DNA of 38,309 nt from a virus. Location of the stretch: positions 1 to 38,309 of IMG/VR virus record IMGVR_UViG_3300028024_000001. One strand, given 5' to 3'. Under the pieces are notes generated by a model. That model did no database searches, had not been told where the DNA came from, and saw only the letters and a program-made list of their open reading frames with translations. The stretch's first letter is position 1, and each line of letters begins with the position of its first letter. This document shows, piece after piece, positions 25,793 through 34,473 of this stretch. The position numbers and the translations under genes were made by a program.

Positions 25793-26284
25793 ATGGCGAA
25801 GAACGCACTCCGCTACCCGGAAAGCGCCATTGCTGGCGGACGCTTCGGCACGGCCCGCGTGGCGGGTGAGATTTCTGGTGCGGCGGCGCGCTTGACGTCG
25901 ACTGAGCCCGCACCGCTCGAATCGCCGATCAAGCAGCTTGTCGGCGGCGCGCGTGGCTCACATCGCGAGTTGGGGCGGCTGGGCGGCGGAACGATGAACA
26001 AGTCGGAGGCTGCATACGCCGCGCACCTCGACGCGCTGCGCTCAATTGGTCAGGTGCTCTGGTTCCGCTTCGAAGGTGTGAAACTGCGCCTCGCCGATAA
26101 CACGTTCTATACCCCCGACTTCGCTGTGATGGTCGCCGGCGGCGCGCTGGAAATGCACGAATTCAAGGGATTCATGGAAGAGGACGCGAACGTCAAGATC
26201 AAGACGGCCGCCTCGCAGTATCCGTTCACGTTCCGCCTGGTGCGCAAGGCCAAGGGCGGTGGTTTCGATATCAGGGAGGTGTGA
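25793..26284 (+). CDS. DUF1064-like (PD-(D/E)xK-type) protein, possible Holliday-junction resolvase (163 aa; domain begins near Met at 25994)
   Basis: The C-terminal 96 aa, SEAAYAAHLDAL...FEGVKLRLADNTFYTPDFAV...EFKGFMEEDANVKIKTAASQYP, fit the DUF1064 pattern. Confidence 0.5.
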   Translation: MAKNALRYPESAIAGGRFGTARVAGEISGAAARLTSTEPAPLESPIKQLVGGARGSHRELGRLGGGTMNKSEAAYAAHLDALRSIGQVLWFRFEGVKLRLADNTFYTPDFAVMVAGGALEMHEFKGFMEEDANVKIKTAASQYPFTFRLVRKAKGGGFDIREV

Positions 26285-26934
26285 TGGGCGCTAAATGGTC
26301 AGAGGCTGAGGTGGCGGTCCTCGCGGATGTGGCAAAAACAGGAGTGACGCTGCGTTCGCAGATGCATCGCCTTCCGGGTCGCACGCACGAAGCCGCACGC
26401 ACGTATGCCGCGCGAATTGGCATCCCGCTCTCGGCGGCGCGCGCGTGGACCAAAGAGGAGCGCGCGATCCTCAAGCGCATCTGGCGCAGCGGCGAGCAAA
26501 TCAAGATCGGCATGCGTCAACTGCCGAACAGGAGCTACGCTGCCGCGCGCGGCGAGGCGCAACGGCTTCGCATCTGCGGTGACCGGACAAAGCGAAATGG
26601 CTATTCGTGGGTCGACGCGGCGATAACCGTGCTGCTTGCTGACGGCGTGCGCATGACCATCAAGCAATTGACCGCGGCGACTGGCGCATCCCCAAATGCG
26701 GTCGACAAGGCGCTGAACCGGCGGCGCGGTACCAAGTTCAGGGTTTGCGACTGGACTCGCGTCTCACGGAATGGTGATTGGGCTGGTGTGTGGGGACTCG
26801 GCGTTGGCGAGGATGCGCCGCGGCCGCCGAGAAAGACGCCTAGCGAAGTCGCGAAGACATGGCGTGCTCGGCGTCGGATCGCTGGCGGCGCGCATAACCC
26901 GTTTGCCGGTTTGATTCAGCAGGTAGCGGCGTGA
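26284..26934 (+). CDS. Hypothetical protein with two SANT/Myb-like WxE repeats (216 aa)
   Basis: ATGA coupling. Repeats KWSEAEVAVL and AWTKEERAILKRIW. Confidence 0.45.
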   Translation: MGAKWSEAEVAVLADVAKTGVTLRSQMHRLPGRTHEAARTYAARIGIPLSAARAWTKEERAILKRIWRSGEQIKIGMRQLPNRSYAAARGEAQRLRICGDRTKRNGYSWVDAAITVLLADGVRMTIKQLTAATGASPNAVDKALNRRRGTKFRVCDWTRVSRNGDWAGVWGLGVGEDAPRPPRKTPSEVAKTWRARRRIAGGAHNPFAGLIQQVAA

Positions 26935-27224
26935 GCCACCGGGCAAACAAGCGTGAGCGTGAGCATATGGGCCGGGTTGCCGGAATGCAGTGCATCTGCT
27001 GCTTCCTGCTCGATCGTGCGCAGACCAGCAAAACTGAGGTACATCACGTTCGCGTTGGTCATGGCGGCGCTCAGCGCGCCGGCGACTTCTGCACCGTTCC
27101 GTTATGTGCCAATGACTGCCACCGCGGCAAAAACGGGGTGCACGGCGATCAGACGTATCTGCACATTCTGAAGATGACGCAGATTGATCTGCTTAACGCA
27201 ACGCTGGAGCGGCTCTACGGATGA
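26931..27224 (+). CDS. Ref-like / HNH-type recombination enhancement nuclease (97 aa, GTG start)
   Basis: Pattern HMGRVAGMQCICC...EVHHVRVGHGGAQRAGDFCTVPLCANDCHRGKNGVHG resembles the P1 Ref family. Confidence 0.5.
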   Translation: MSHRANKREREHMGRVAGMQCICCFLLDRAQTSKTEVHHVRVGHGGAQRAGDFCTVPLCANDCHRGKNGVHGDQTYLHILKMTQIDLLNATLERLYG

Positions 27225-27511
27225 GATTGCTGGTTCGAATGGTGCTGCCGTTTGAGTCGTACGAGGGCTCGCAGTTGTTCGAGTGCCTCGCCAAGCGCGT
27301 GATACGCGCCGAAGACGACCCGGAATGCGCGGATGCGGTGCTGGTCGATGTGGACTTGCCGGAGCGTTACAGCGGCTTCGCAATTGCCCGGTACTGGAAT
27401 CGCGATGGAACGTATCGGGTCGAGGCGTTGGTGAAGCACAACCGCAGATCGCTGGCCGCGTTCATCGCAAGCGGCGATCACGAATGGGATCTGAGAAATG
27501 ACGAATTGTAA
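27221..27511 (+). CDS. Hypothetical protein (96 aa)
   Basis: ATGA coupling, with coding-like composition. Confidence 0.45.
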   Translation: MRLLVRMVLPFESYEGSQLFECLAKRVIRAEDDPECADAVLVDVDLPERYSGFAIARYWNRDGTYRVEALVKHNRRSLAAFIASGDHEWDLRNDEL

Positions 27512-27839
27512 GGAAATTGAAGGATACATCCCGCAAGACTGCGCGCCGGTCTCGCGCACGCACGCACACGCGCGCGTGCATTTGAGCGACCAGCTCATTG
27601 CTGAGCTTTGCGTGGTGTCGGCAAGCATGGCGCGGCGCGAACGCTTGACCGGCCGCGCGCTGAACATCGAGCAATTCGCCGAGAACGTGATTCGCGCGAC
27701 GGTGGGCGCGATTAATTCGATGGGCGACGATTCGCGATATCGCGAGTGGGAGTTCGAAAAGATCGCAATCGCATGTTTGAGCGACGAGCAGGCAGAACAG
27801 AGTTTCGCGCGCTGGAAGGGCTGTCAGTACCAGGCCTGA
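27498..27839 (+). CDS. Hypothetical protein (113 aa)
   Basis: Overlaps the upstream gene by 14 nt. No family recognised. Confidence 0.45.
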   Translation: MTNCKEIEGYIPQDCAPVSRTHAHARVHLSDQLIAELCVVSASMARRERLTGRALNIEQFAENVIRATVGAINSMGDDSRYREWEFEKIAIACLSDEQAEQSFARWKGCQYQA

Positions 27840-27880
27840 ATCGATTTATCCCGTAGCACCACATCCACAGGAGCAACAGC

Positions 27881-28339
27881 ATGGACGAGCAGCAAAAGCA
27901 GGAAGACCAAGTGGCGGATGCATCGCCGAGCAGCACTGAAGCGCAACTGGCCGGTGATTCCCCAAACGTTGCCACGCTTGCGGCCGCCCAATCCGCAAGC
28001 GACACCTCGTCATCTGTGCCGAGTGCATCGCCCGCCAGCGACACAGGGGCGGCTGCATCGTCCGATCAAGCCGCAGGTGATCTGGGAAACGTTGTGGCCG
28101 CTGCCGACGGTGGCGACCAGTCGGCTGGCGGTGTAGTTGCCGCTGGTGGTGACGCGGGAAACGTCCTGGCTGGTGGTGCCCCGCTTGTGGGCATTACCAG
28201 CACTTCGATTGATGAGTCGACTGACTATCATCCGGCGAAGCCGCACCTGTCGGCGTTGCGCCGCAAGATCGAATCGGGCGAGGCAATCCTCATGTCCGAT
28301 CTGCTGCGCCTGATCCACGCGATCGAGGAGACGCTCTGA
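27881..28339 (+). CDS. Hypothetical acidic, Ser/Ala/Gly-rich protein (152 aa)
   Basis: RBS AGGAGC. Low-complexity N-terminal two thirds and a structured C-terminal tail. Confidence 0.45.
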   Translation: MDEQQKQEDQVADASPSSTEAQLAGDSPNVATLAAAQSASDTSSSVPSASPASDTGAAASSDQAAGDLGNVVAAADGGDQSAGGVVAAGGDAGNVLAGGAPLVGITSTSIDESTDYHPAKPHLSALRRKIESGEAILMSDLLRLIHAIEETL

Positions 28340-28560
28340 TGGCATCGAACACTCCAACTTCACAGCTCGGACTGCCGAGGGGCGGCTTTCGAGATAGCCC
28401 GGTGAAAACCTTCGTCATTACAAACACGCATGGCGAGAAACACGAAGTGGCTGGCAACAGGTATGACGTCGACGGTTGCTATGTTTCGGTTGTCAAGGCT
28501 GGCGAGGTGGTTGCCTCGTTTGCCAACTGGATGTCGATTCGCGTTAAGGAAATAGCCTGA
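28339..28560 (+). CDS. Hypothetical protein (73 aa)
   Basis: The ATG overlaps the upstream TGA. Confidence 0.45.
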   Translation: MASNTPTSQLGLPRGGFRDSPVKTFVITNTHGEKHEVAGNRYDVDGCYVSVVKAGEVVASFANWMSIRVKEIA

Positions 28561-28564
28561 GCTT

Positions 28565-28834
28565 ATGACGAAACAACTCGCCCCTGCACCGCTGGTCAAC
28601 TGGTCTCGCATTCTCGACGAGGTGCGAGGGGCGGGTTACACCATCAAGGAAATCTCGCAGTACACGCAGATCCCGCGCACGACACTGCTCGGGTATCACA
28701 ACCTTGGCGCCGAGCCGCGGCACTCGAGCGGGCAGATGCTGCTGCGATTCTGGGCTCAGGTGACCGATCGCGATCCTGAGAGCGCCCCAACGTGGACGCC
28801 GCCGCCGAGCGTGGCCGAATACCGGCGGATGTGA
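28565..28834 (+). CDS. HTH protein (89 aa), candidate late-gene regulator
   Basis: AGYTIKEISQYTQIPRTTLLGYHN is HTH-like. It is the last gene before the late module, and its stop is 1 nt from the 19-bp late motif. Confidence 0.4.
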   Translation: MTKQLAPAPLVNWSRILDEVRGAGYTIKEISQYTQIPRTTLLGYHNLGAEPRHSSGQMLLRFWAQVTDRDPESAPTWTPPPSVAEYRRM

Positions 28835-28835
28835 A

Positions 28836-28854
28836 TTGGTCGGGATTCCGACAG
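28836..28854 (+). promoter_or_regulatory. 19-bp conserved motif TTGGTCGGGATTCCGACAG, copy 1, upstream of the first late gene
   Basis: Perfect repeat of 34295-34313. Contains the inverted repeat GTCGG-GATT-CCGAC. Confidence 0.5.
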
Positions 28855-28899
28855 CCTGACGGCCAAATACTCGCCGCACCACGGATGGAGGTTCGAGCG

Positions 28900-29397
28900 A
28901 TGGCAAGAGAGTACAAGACGCAGCAGCCGGGCATGCCGACGGCGCCGGTTGATGGTGGCGACGCGGCCAAAGTTGTGCTGGCTGGCGTGGGCGATAATGA
29001 CGCGGTGATGCAGATCGCCGGCCGCGACGTGCCGATCAACGACATCGTCGAGGGCGCATTCGAGACGAGCGGGTTGTCTGCCGAGGAATGGAATGCTGCG
29101 GAGCCGACGAAGCGCGATGAACTTATCGCCGGCAAGCGCAAGGAACTTGAAACGATGTTCCGCAACGCTGGCGACCTGCCGTCGCAGGATGCCGCCCGCG
29201 AACAGGCTCAGGCGGCTGTTTCGGCCCGCCGCGCCGCTCGCGCCGCTCAACCTGCCGCAGATGGCACCACGGCCGCTGCGCCGCCCCTCCCGCATTCGAG
29301 CGAAGTCGATCCCGCCACACTGGCCGCGCCGAAGCTGTGCGCGGATGGCTGGCTGGTGCCGACGATCCAGAAGCAACTCCCGCAGAACTTCCGCTGA
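28900..29397 (+). CDS. Hypothetical protein, first gene of the late module (165 aa)
   Basis: GGAGGT RBS 7 nt upstream of ATG 28900. The listed ORF start at 28792 overlaps the motif and lacks an RBS. Confidence 0.5.
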   Translation: MAREYKTQQPGMPTAPVDGGDAAKVVLAGVGDNDAVMQIAGRDVPINDIVEGAFETSGLSAEEWNAAEPTKRDELIAGKRKELETMFRNAGDLPSQDAAREQAQAAVSARRAARAAQPAADGTTAAAPPLPHSSEVDPATLAAPKLCADGWLVPTIQKQLPQNFR

Positions 29398-29404
29398 GGC
29401 GATC

Positions 29405-29674
29405 ATGGGCAATTTCAGCTTTTCGAAGTTCCTCGACCCGGGCGGCCTGTGGACGAAAGACCAGACCGCTACGCCCGCGACCACGACGACGGTCGCGGGT
29501 GCTGCCGATGCTGCTGACGCCCAGGCGGCGCAGGCGGCGAACGCTCAGGCCGCAGCCGACAAGAAGAAGCGCGCGGCATCAAGCCTGCTTGCTACTGGCG
29601 CCGGTGCGACCGGTGCAGGCGCCACGACGACTTCGTCCGTGATGGCGCAGGGCAAGACGTCACTGGGCCAATAA
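29405..29674 (+). CDS. Small Ala/Thr/Gly-rich protein upstream of portal (89 aa)
   Basis: ATG at 29405, in the same frame as listed ORF 29093-29674. Adjacent to the portal gene. Confidence 0.45.
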   Translation: MGNFSFSKFLDPGGLWTKDQTATPATTTTVAGAADAADAQAAQAANAQAAADKKKRAASSLLATGAGATGAGATTTSSVMAQGKTSLGQ

Positions 29675-29677
29675 TCC

Positions 29678-31300
29678 ATGTCCTACACCCTCGGCGAGAC
29701 GCTCTACAAGCGGATGGAAGCACTGAAGTCCGCGCGCACCGTGCATGAACTGGTGTGGCGCGACTGCTTCATGCTCACCGATCCGATTCGCGCATCTGGC
29801 CTGCAGGGGCCGGTGATGGACGCGAACGAGATCGCGCGCGCCGTCTCGCTGATTTTCGACTCGACCGCGAGCGACGCAAAGCGCGTGCTGAACGCCTCGA
29901 TCATGTCGGGCATGACGCCGGCCAACTCGCTGTGGTTCAAGATGCGCGTGAATGGCGAGGACGACGAGGGAACGCGCTGGCTCGACGACGCGAGCGAGCT
30001 GCTGTGGGAGAACATCCACAATGCGAATTTCGATTCTGAGGCATCCGATTGCGTCGACGATTGCATGGGCGCTGGCTGGTTCGCGCTCTATATCGATGAA
30101 GACCGCGACAACGGCGGACTCTATTTCGAACACTGGCCGATGGCTGGCGTCTACGTGGCGTCGTCGCGTCCCGGCGGTCGTATCGACACTGTGTTTCGCC
30201 CGTATAAGCTCACCGCCGAGCAGGCCGTTACCGAGTTCAGCAAGCGCGGTGACAACCTGCCGAAGCAGATCACCGACGCGGCTGAGACGACGCCTGACCG
30301 GCAGTTCGAGTTCTGCCACTGCATCTACCCGCGCGGCGTCTCAGTCGTCGGCGCGGTCCGCTCGAAGAATCTCCCGATCGCCTCGGTCACGCTGTGCTGC
30401 GACGTGAAGGCAACCGTCCGAGAATCCGGCTACCACGAAATGCCGGTGGTGGTCGCGCGCTGGAAGAAGATTCCGAATAGCTGCTATGGCGTTGGCCCGG
30501 TGCTCGACGCACTGCCGGACATCCGCACGCTGAACGACATCGTCAAGCTGGAATACGCAAATCTCGACATGGCTGTGTCGGGCATGTGGATCGCCGAGGA
30601 TGACGGCGTGCTGAATCCGCGCACGGTCAAGGTGGGTCCGCGAAAGATCATCGTCGCGAACTCGGTGGATAGCATGAAGCCGCTGCAGCCCGCTGCGAAC
30701 TTCAATGTCGCATTCACCGAGAAAGAAAAGCTGCAGGGCAACATCCGCCGCACGCTGATGGCTGACCAGTTGCAGCCGCAGGATGGACCGGCGATGACGG
30801 CCACTGAAGTGCATGTGCGCGTCGACCTGATCCGCCAGTTGCTTGGCCCGATCTATGGCCGCCTGCAGGCCGAATACCTGCAGCCGCTGATCACCCGCTG
30901 TTTCGGTCTGGCGTATCGCGCTGGCGTTTTTGCGCCGCCGCCCGACTCTCTGGCTGGCCGCAATTTCTCGGTCCAGTATCAGTCGCCGCTCGCGCGCGCC
31001 CAGAAGCTCGAGGAAGTGACCGCGATCGAGCGCTTCATGGGCGATGTCTCCGTGATTGCCCAGGTTGATCCGAGTGTGATGGACAACGTCGACACCGACG
31101 AGGCCGCACGACAGACCGCGAAGGGGCTCGGCGTGCCGGATTCGATCATTCGCCCGTCCGACAAGGTGCTTGAGTTCCGTCAGAAGAAGCAGGCGGCTGC
31201 CGCGCAGGCCCAACAGCAGCAGCTTGGCATGGAAGTTCAGGGTGACGTGATGAAGTCCGTCGGCTCCGCGGCGGCTAACCGGATGGTGGCACAGCAATGA
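29678..31300 (+). CDS. Portal (head-tail connector) protein, T7 gp8-like (540 aa)
   Basis: Size, position and sequence character (ELVWRDCF...DSTA...WF...) fit the podovirus head-to-tail connector family. Confidence 0.8.
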   Translation: MSYTLGETLYKRMEALKSARTVHELVWRDCFMLTDPIRASGLQGPVMDANEIARAVSLIFDSTASDAKRVLNASIMSGMTPANSLWFKMRVNGEDDEGTRWLDDASELLWENIHNANFDSEASDCVDDCMGAGWFALYIDEDRDNGGLYFEHWPMAGVYVASSRPGGRIDTVFRPYKLTAEQAVTEFSKRGDNLPKQITDAAETTPDRQFEFCHCIYPRGVSVVGAVRSKNLPIASVTLCCDVKATVRESGYHEMPVVVARWKKIPNSCYGVGPVLDALPDIRTLNDIVKLEYANLDMAVSGMWIAEDDGVLNPRTVKVGPRKIIVANSVDSMKPLQPAANFNVAFTEKEKLQGNIRRTLMADQLQPQDGPAMTATEVHVRVDLIRQLLGPIYGRLQAEYLQPLITRCFGLAYRAGVFAPPPDSLAGRNFSVQYQSPLARAQKLEEVTAIERFMGDVSVIAQVDPSVMDNVDTDEAARQTAKGLGVPDSIIRPSDKVLEFRQKKQAAAAQAQQQQLGMEVQGDVMKSVGSAAANRMVAQQ

Positions 31301-31551
31301 AGGCGAACATTCCCGGCGCAGCGCCGCCCGTTGCCACGCCGGCGGAATATGCGCTGCTGTTCGAATCGAAGGCGGGCGAGCTGGTGCTCGAAGACCTCGT
31401 TAATCGGTTCGCTGGATCGACCTACGTGCGTGGTGGGCTCGAGGCGCAGCGTGAAACTGATTTCCGGTCTGGAAAGCGCGATGTGGTCGAGTTCATCTTG
31501 AGGCAGATCAACCGCGCGAACAGCGCTGAACCGATAGAGCAAGGGAATTGA
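31297..31551 (+). CDS. Hypothetical protein (84 aa), conserved partner of portal in BPP-1-type podoviruses
   Basis: ATGA coupling to portal. My assignment to a Bbp19-like family comes from memory only. Confidence 0.4.
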   Translation: MKANIPGAAPPVATPAEYALLFESKAGELVLEDLVNRFAGSTYVRGGLEAQRETDFRSGKRDVVEFILRQINRANSAEPIEQGN

Positions 31552-31552
31552 T

Positions 31553-31759
31553 ATGAAGCTGGCGACGCTAACTGCGAGTGGTTGGTCGTGCAACCCGCTC
31601 AAATTTGATGATGATTCGGGTCATCACGAGTATGGCTACGACGGCGTCGGGAACCTGATAACCGATACGTGGATTGTCGGCAGTAAAACGTACGTTAAAA
31701 CGTTTACCTATGTAGGCACCACCCTGGCTACTCAGGGTGACTGGATTGAGCAGCCATGA
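31553..31759 (+). CDS. Hypothetical protein (68 aa) with a single YD-repeat-like motif
   Basis: YGYDGVGNLITD resembles the YD/RHS repeat core. Shares the N-terminal SGWSCNP motif with ORF 33070-33276. AT-richer than its neighbours. Confidence 0.4.
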   Translation: MKLATLTASGWSCNPLKFDDDSGHHEYGYDGVGNLITDTWIVGSKTYVKTFTYVGTTLATQGDWIEQP

Positions 31760-33033
31760 GCTTCCCGCCACCCACTCCTGTTAGCCCGAGTCAGTTCAAT
31801 CTGCAACTGGTAAATTCAGGCGTCGCCGCACTTGCGCAACCCGACGGCGGCATTCGCCAGATGGTGAACCTCGCGCGCTTCACTGAGGATCTGACGTGGG
31901 GTGCCGTGGTGCTCAGCCCCTCGACGCTCATAAGCACCGGCCCGACGCCCGCCTCCATCAATGCGACGGTAAACGGAAGGCTGATGCCTTTGACTGGCCT
32001 GCTTCCGACCGGGTTCAGCAGTAGCGTCGAGCATCGGTATAGCGCTGTGAGTCTGACGCCATTCTTCGCAGGCTCGAAATACCTGGTCTCGTATTACGTC
32101 TATGCGCCGCAGGACACTTATTTCTACATGCGTCCAATAGCTACGACGGGCTCGCAGGGGCACGGCATTCGCGGTGTGCGCGCGGGTCAGTTCAAGCGTG
32201 TCTGGACGCTATTTGCTGCCACAAGTCAGACGGCAATTGATCCGGGCGTGGCCGCTGAAACGGCACTCGGTTCAGGCTCCGGTGTGCAGCCTCACTTCTA
32301 TCAGGCCGGCTTGCCGGGCACGAAGCCGATTTATGTCGGGGGCTTCCAGATCGAAGCCGTAGCGCCGACCACTAAAAACGGCATCATGATTATCGGAGAT
32401 TCGACCGTCGCAGGATCAAGCGGCAAGATCGATACGTGCCGGGATTTCACCGACCCGAACAACGCTGAATGGTCCACGCATCTGGCGGTCGCACTTAACT
32501 GCGACTGCTATAACCGCGGCGTTGGCGGCGAGACACTGACGAGCATGCTCGCGCGCTGGGATACCGACATGACGCCGCTCGCCGCGAACTCGGCGTACTG
32601 CATCATCCAGGGCGGCATCAACGACATCAACACCGCGCACTCGCTCTCGCAGATGCAATCCGATCTACAAGGGATGGTTGCGAAGGCTGTCACGAACGGC
32701 TTCACGATGAATGGCCTGACCGGGACCATACGCCTTATCGCTGTCGCGCCCACCGGCTATTTCACTGGCGATGCGACCAAAGAACCGCTGCGTCTTGCCT
32801 ATAACGCATGGCTGAAGCAGACCTATGGCGCAGCCGTGCTGGACTACAACGCGGACATCCAGAATCCGTGGACGGCTGCGCACGATTCGCTGAACCCGGC
32901 CTATTTCCAGAACGAAACGCCGAACGTGCACCCGAATGGTATCGGGCGAGAGGTGGAGGCTCATCGGATCGCCATGAGCGGAAATTTTTCGCTACTTCCA
33001 ACCCCATCGCCGTATCAGCGGCAACAGTCTTAA
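31756..33033 (+). CDS. SGNH/GDSL hydrolase (esterase) with an N-terminal jelly-roll/CBM-like domain (425 aa)
   Basis: SGNH block I IIGDSTVAG, block II GVGGET, block III QGGINDI, and block V-like NVHPNGIG. Confidence 0.7.
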   Translation: MSFPPPTPVSPSQFNLQLVNSGVAALAQPDGGIRQMVNLARFTEDLTWGAVVLSPSTLISTGPTPASINATVNGRLMPLTGLLPTGFSSSVEHRYSAVSLTPFFAGSKYLVSYYVYAPQDTYFYMRPIATTGSQGHGIRGVRAGQFKRVWTLFAATSQTAIDPGVAAETALGSGSGVQPHFYQAGLPGTKPIYVGGFQIEAVAPTTKNGIMIIGDSTVAGSSGKIDTCRDFTDPNNAEWSTHLAVALNCDCYNRGVGGETLTSMLARWDTDMTPLAANSAYCIIQGGINDINTAHSLSQMQSDLQGMVAKAVTNGFTMNGLTGTIRLIAVAPTGYFTGDATKEPLRLAYNAWLKQTYGAAVLDYNADIQNPWTAAHDSLNPAYFQNETPNVHPNGIGREVEAHRIAMSGNFSLLPTPSPYQRQQS

Positions 33034-33069
33034 GCGGTGTCGTCTCACATCATCTGAGGGATATTAATC

Positions 33070-33276
33070 ATGGCAGGAACTTCAACACTTGGCGGCTCCG
33101 GCTGGACGGCTAACCCGACGCCCGACACGCGTTTCGCGAAAACGATCTCGATTCCGTCCGTGATCGGTCAGCCCGCAGCCGAGATCGGCGCACCTGGCGA
33201 TCTGGCGATCGACGTGGTTGCGCGCAAGCTGTACGAGAACGTCGCTGGCACGTGGTCGGCTGGCACGTCGTACTGA
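33070..33276 (+). CDS. Hypothetical protein (68 aa)
   Basis: The SGWTANP motif is paralogous to that in ORF 31553. GAPGDLAIDVVARKLYENVAGTWS resembles fiber-tip motifs. Confidence 0.4.
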   Translation: MAGTSTLGGSGWTANPTPDTRFAKTISIPSVIGQPAAEIGAPGDLAIDVVARKLYENVAGTWSAGTSY

Positions 33277-33306
33277 TTTTTCAACGCAGCAGCGAGGACA
33301 CGAAAA

Positions 33307-34233
33307 ATGAATTGGTTCTGGAGGCGCTATGCGCTCATGGATTCGCAAGGTGGTGAGGGTGGTGCTGGTGGTGGCGGAGTCGTCACCGGAGGCGCAGCTG
33401 GCGCGGCTGGCGCAGGAGGCGAGGCAGCGGGAGCGGGAGGCGTGGACCCGGCTGCAGGCGCTGCTACTGGCGCAGGATCGGCCCTCGCAGCCGGTGCTAC
33501 AGCCGCTGACCCGTCAGGAAGCGGTGCGAATTTTGATTGGATCCCCGAAAAATATCGGGTGAACGGCCCCGATGGTGCTGTTGATGTCGCTGCGTCGGCG
33601 CAGAAGCTCGCCGGCGGCTACGGCGAACTGTCCAAGCGCTTTGGTGATGGCGGTGCCGCACCGAAGTCAGCCGAGGAATACGCCGTTGCCGTGCCCGACA
33701 CGCTCAAAGAAGCGATGGGCGACCTGAGCAACGACGACATGTTCAAGCAGTTCCGCACGGACATGTATGGTCTTGGTCTATCGCAGAAGCAGTTCGACGG
33801 CGTGATGTCGCGTTATTTCGAGCTGGTGCCGCAGCTAGTCGCCGGCGGTGTTGCGCACAACACCGAGGCAGCAACGGCGGATCTGCGCAAGACGTGGGCT
33901 GATGAAGGCGCGTTCAAAAAGAACGTCCAGTTGGCGTATCGCGCCGGCGATGCAGTCGCGAAAGCGGCCGGCATGTCGTTCGACGATCTTGAGAAGGCGG
34001 GGCTCGCGAACAACCCGACTTTCATCAAGATCATGGCGGCGATCGGCCCGGAGTTTGGTGAAGATGTGCCGGTCGAAGGTGGAGCGCCTTCAGGCTTCGC
34101 CAGCGAGTCAGAGATCCAGAAGCTTCTCTCGTCTGAAGCCAACCTCAATCCGAAGCACGCCGATCACAAGGCAACGCGCGCGCGAGTTGACGCTTACTAC
34201 GCGCGCAAGTACGGCAATACGCCCGTCGCATAA
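33307..34233 (+). CDS. Scaffolding protein (308 aa)
   Basis: Gly/Ala-rich N-terminus followed by a helical charged body. Lies immediately upstream of the capsid gene, as T7 gp9 does. Confidence 0.6.
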   Translation: MNWFWRRYALMDSQGGEGGAGGGGVVTGGAAGAAGAGGEAAGAGGVDPAAGAATGAGSALAAGATAADPSGSGANFDWIPEKYRVNGPDGAVDVAASAQKLAGGYGELSKRFGDGGAAPKSAEEYAVAVPDTLKEAMGDLSNDDMFKQFRTDMYGLGLSQKQFDGVMSRYFELVPQLVAGGVAHNTEAATADLRKTWADEGAFKKNVQLAYRAGDAVAKAAGMSFDDLEKAGLANNPTFIKIMAAIGPEFGEDVPVEGGAPSGFASESEIQKLLSSEANLNPKHADHKATRARVDAYYARKYGNTPVA

Positions 34234-34258
34234 CAGAGTCTCCTCGCTGTACCAGGTT

Positions 34259-34282
34259 GCCCCGCTTCGGCGGGGCTTTTTT
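34259..34282 (+). terminator. Rho-independent terminator between scaffold and capsid genes
   Basis: GCCCCGC-TTCG-GCGGGGC followed by TTTTTT. Confidence 0.85.
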
Positions 34283-34294
34283 GTTGACGCTCAT

Positions 34295-34313
34295 TTGGTC
34301 GGGATTCCGACAG
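34295..34313 (+). promoter_or_regulatory. 19-bp conserved motif TTGGTCGGGATTCCGACAG, copy 2, upstream of the capsid gene
   Basis: Identical to 28836-28854. Lies 13 nt after the terminator T-run and 161 nt before the capsid ATG. Confidence 0.5.
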
Positions 34314-34473
34314 TTCATCTGAAAGAACATCGTGCTCATTCGGCCCGCAGTGGCGTGCGGACACCCGAGAAGCCCGATGCATCGCGTTCGCCGACGCGAT
34401 GCCGTATTACAGGCCCGGTAACGGACACCCTGGAAGGCGACAAGAACACATCGAACCTTTTGGGAGCCATTCC

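Noticed and set aside
28836-28854. Reading the 19-bp motif as a sigma54 promoter (TGG-N9-TTGC type).
   Set aside because: The GG is present, but the -12 element would be TTCCGA rather than TTGC(A/T). No enhancer-binding protein is encoded. I kept it only as an unclassified regulatory or hairpin motif.
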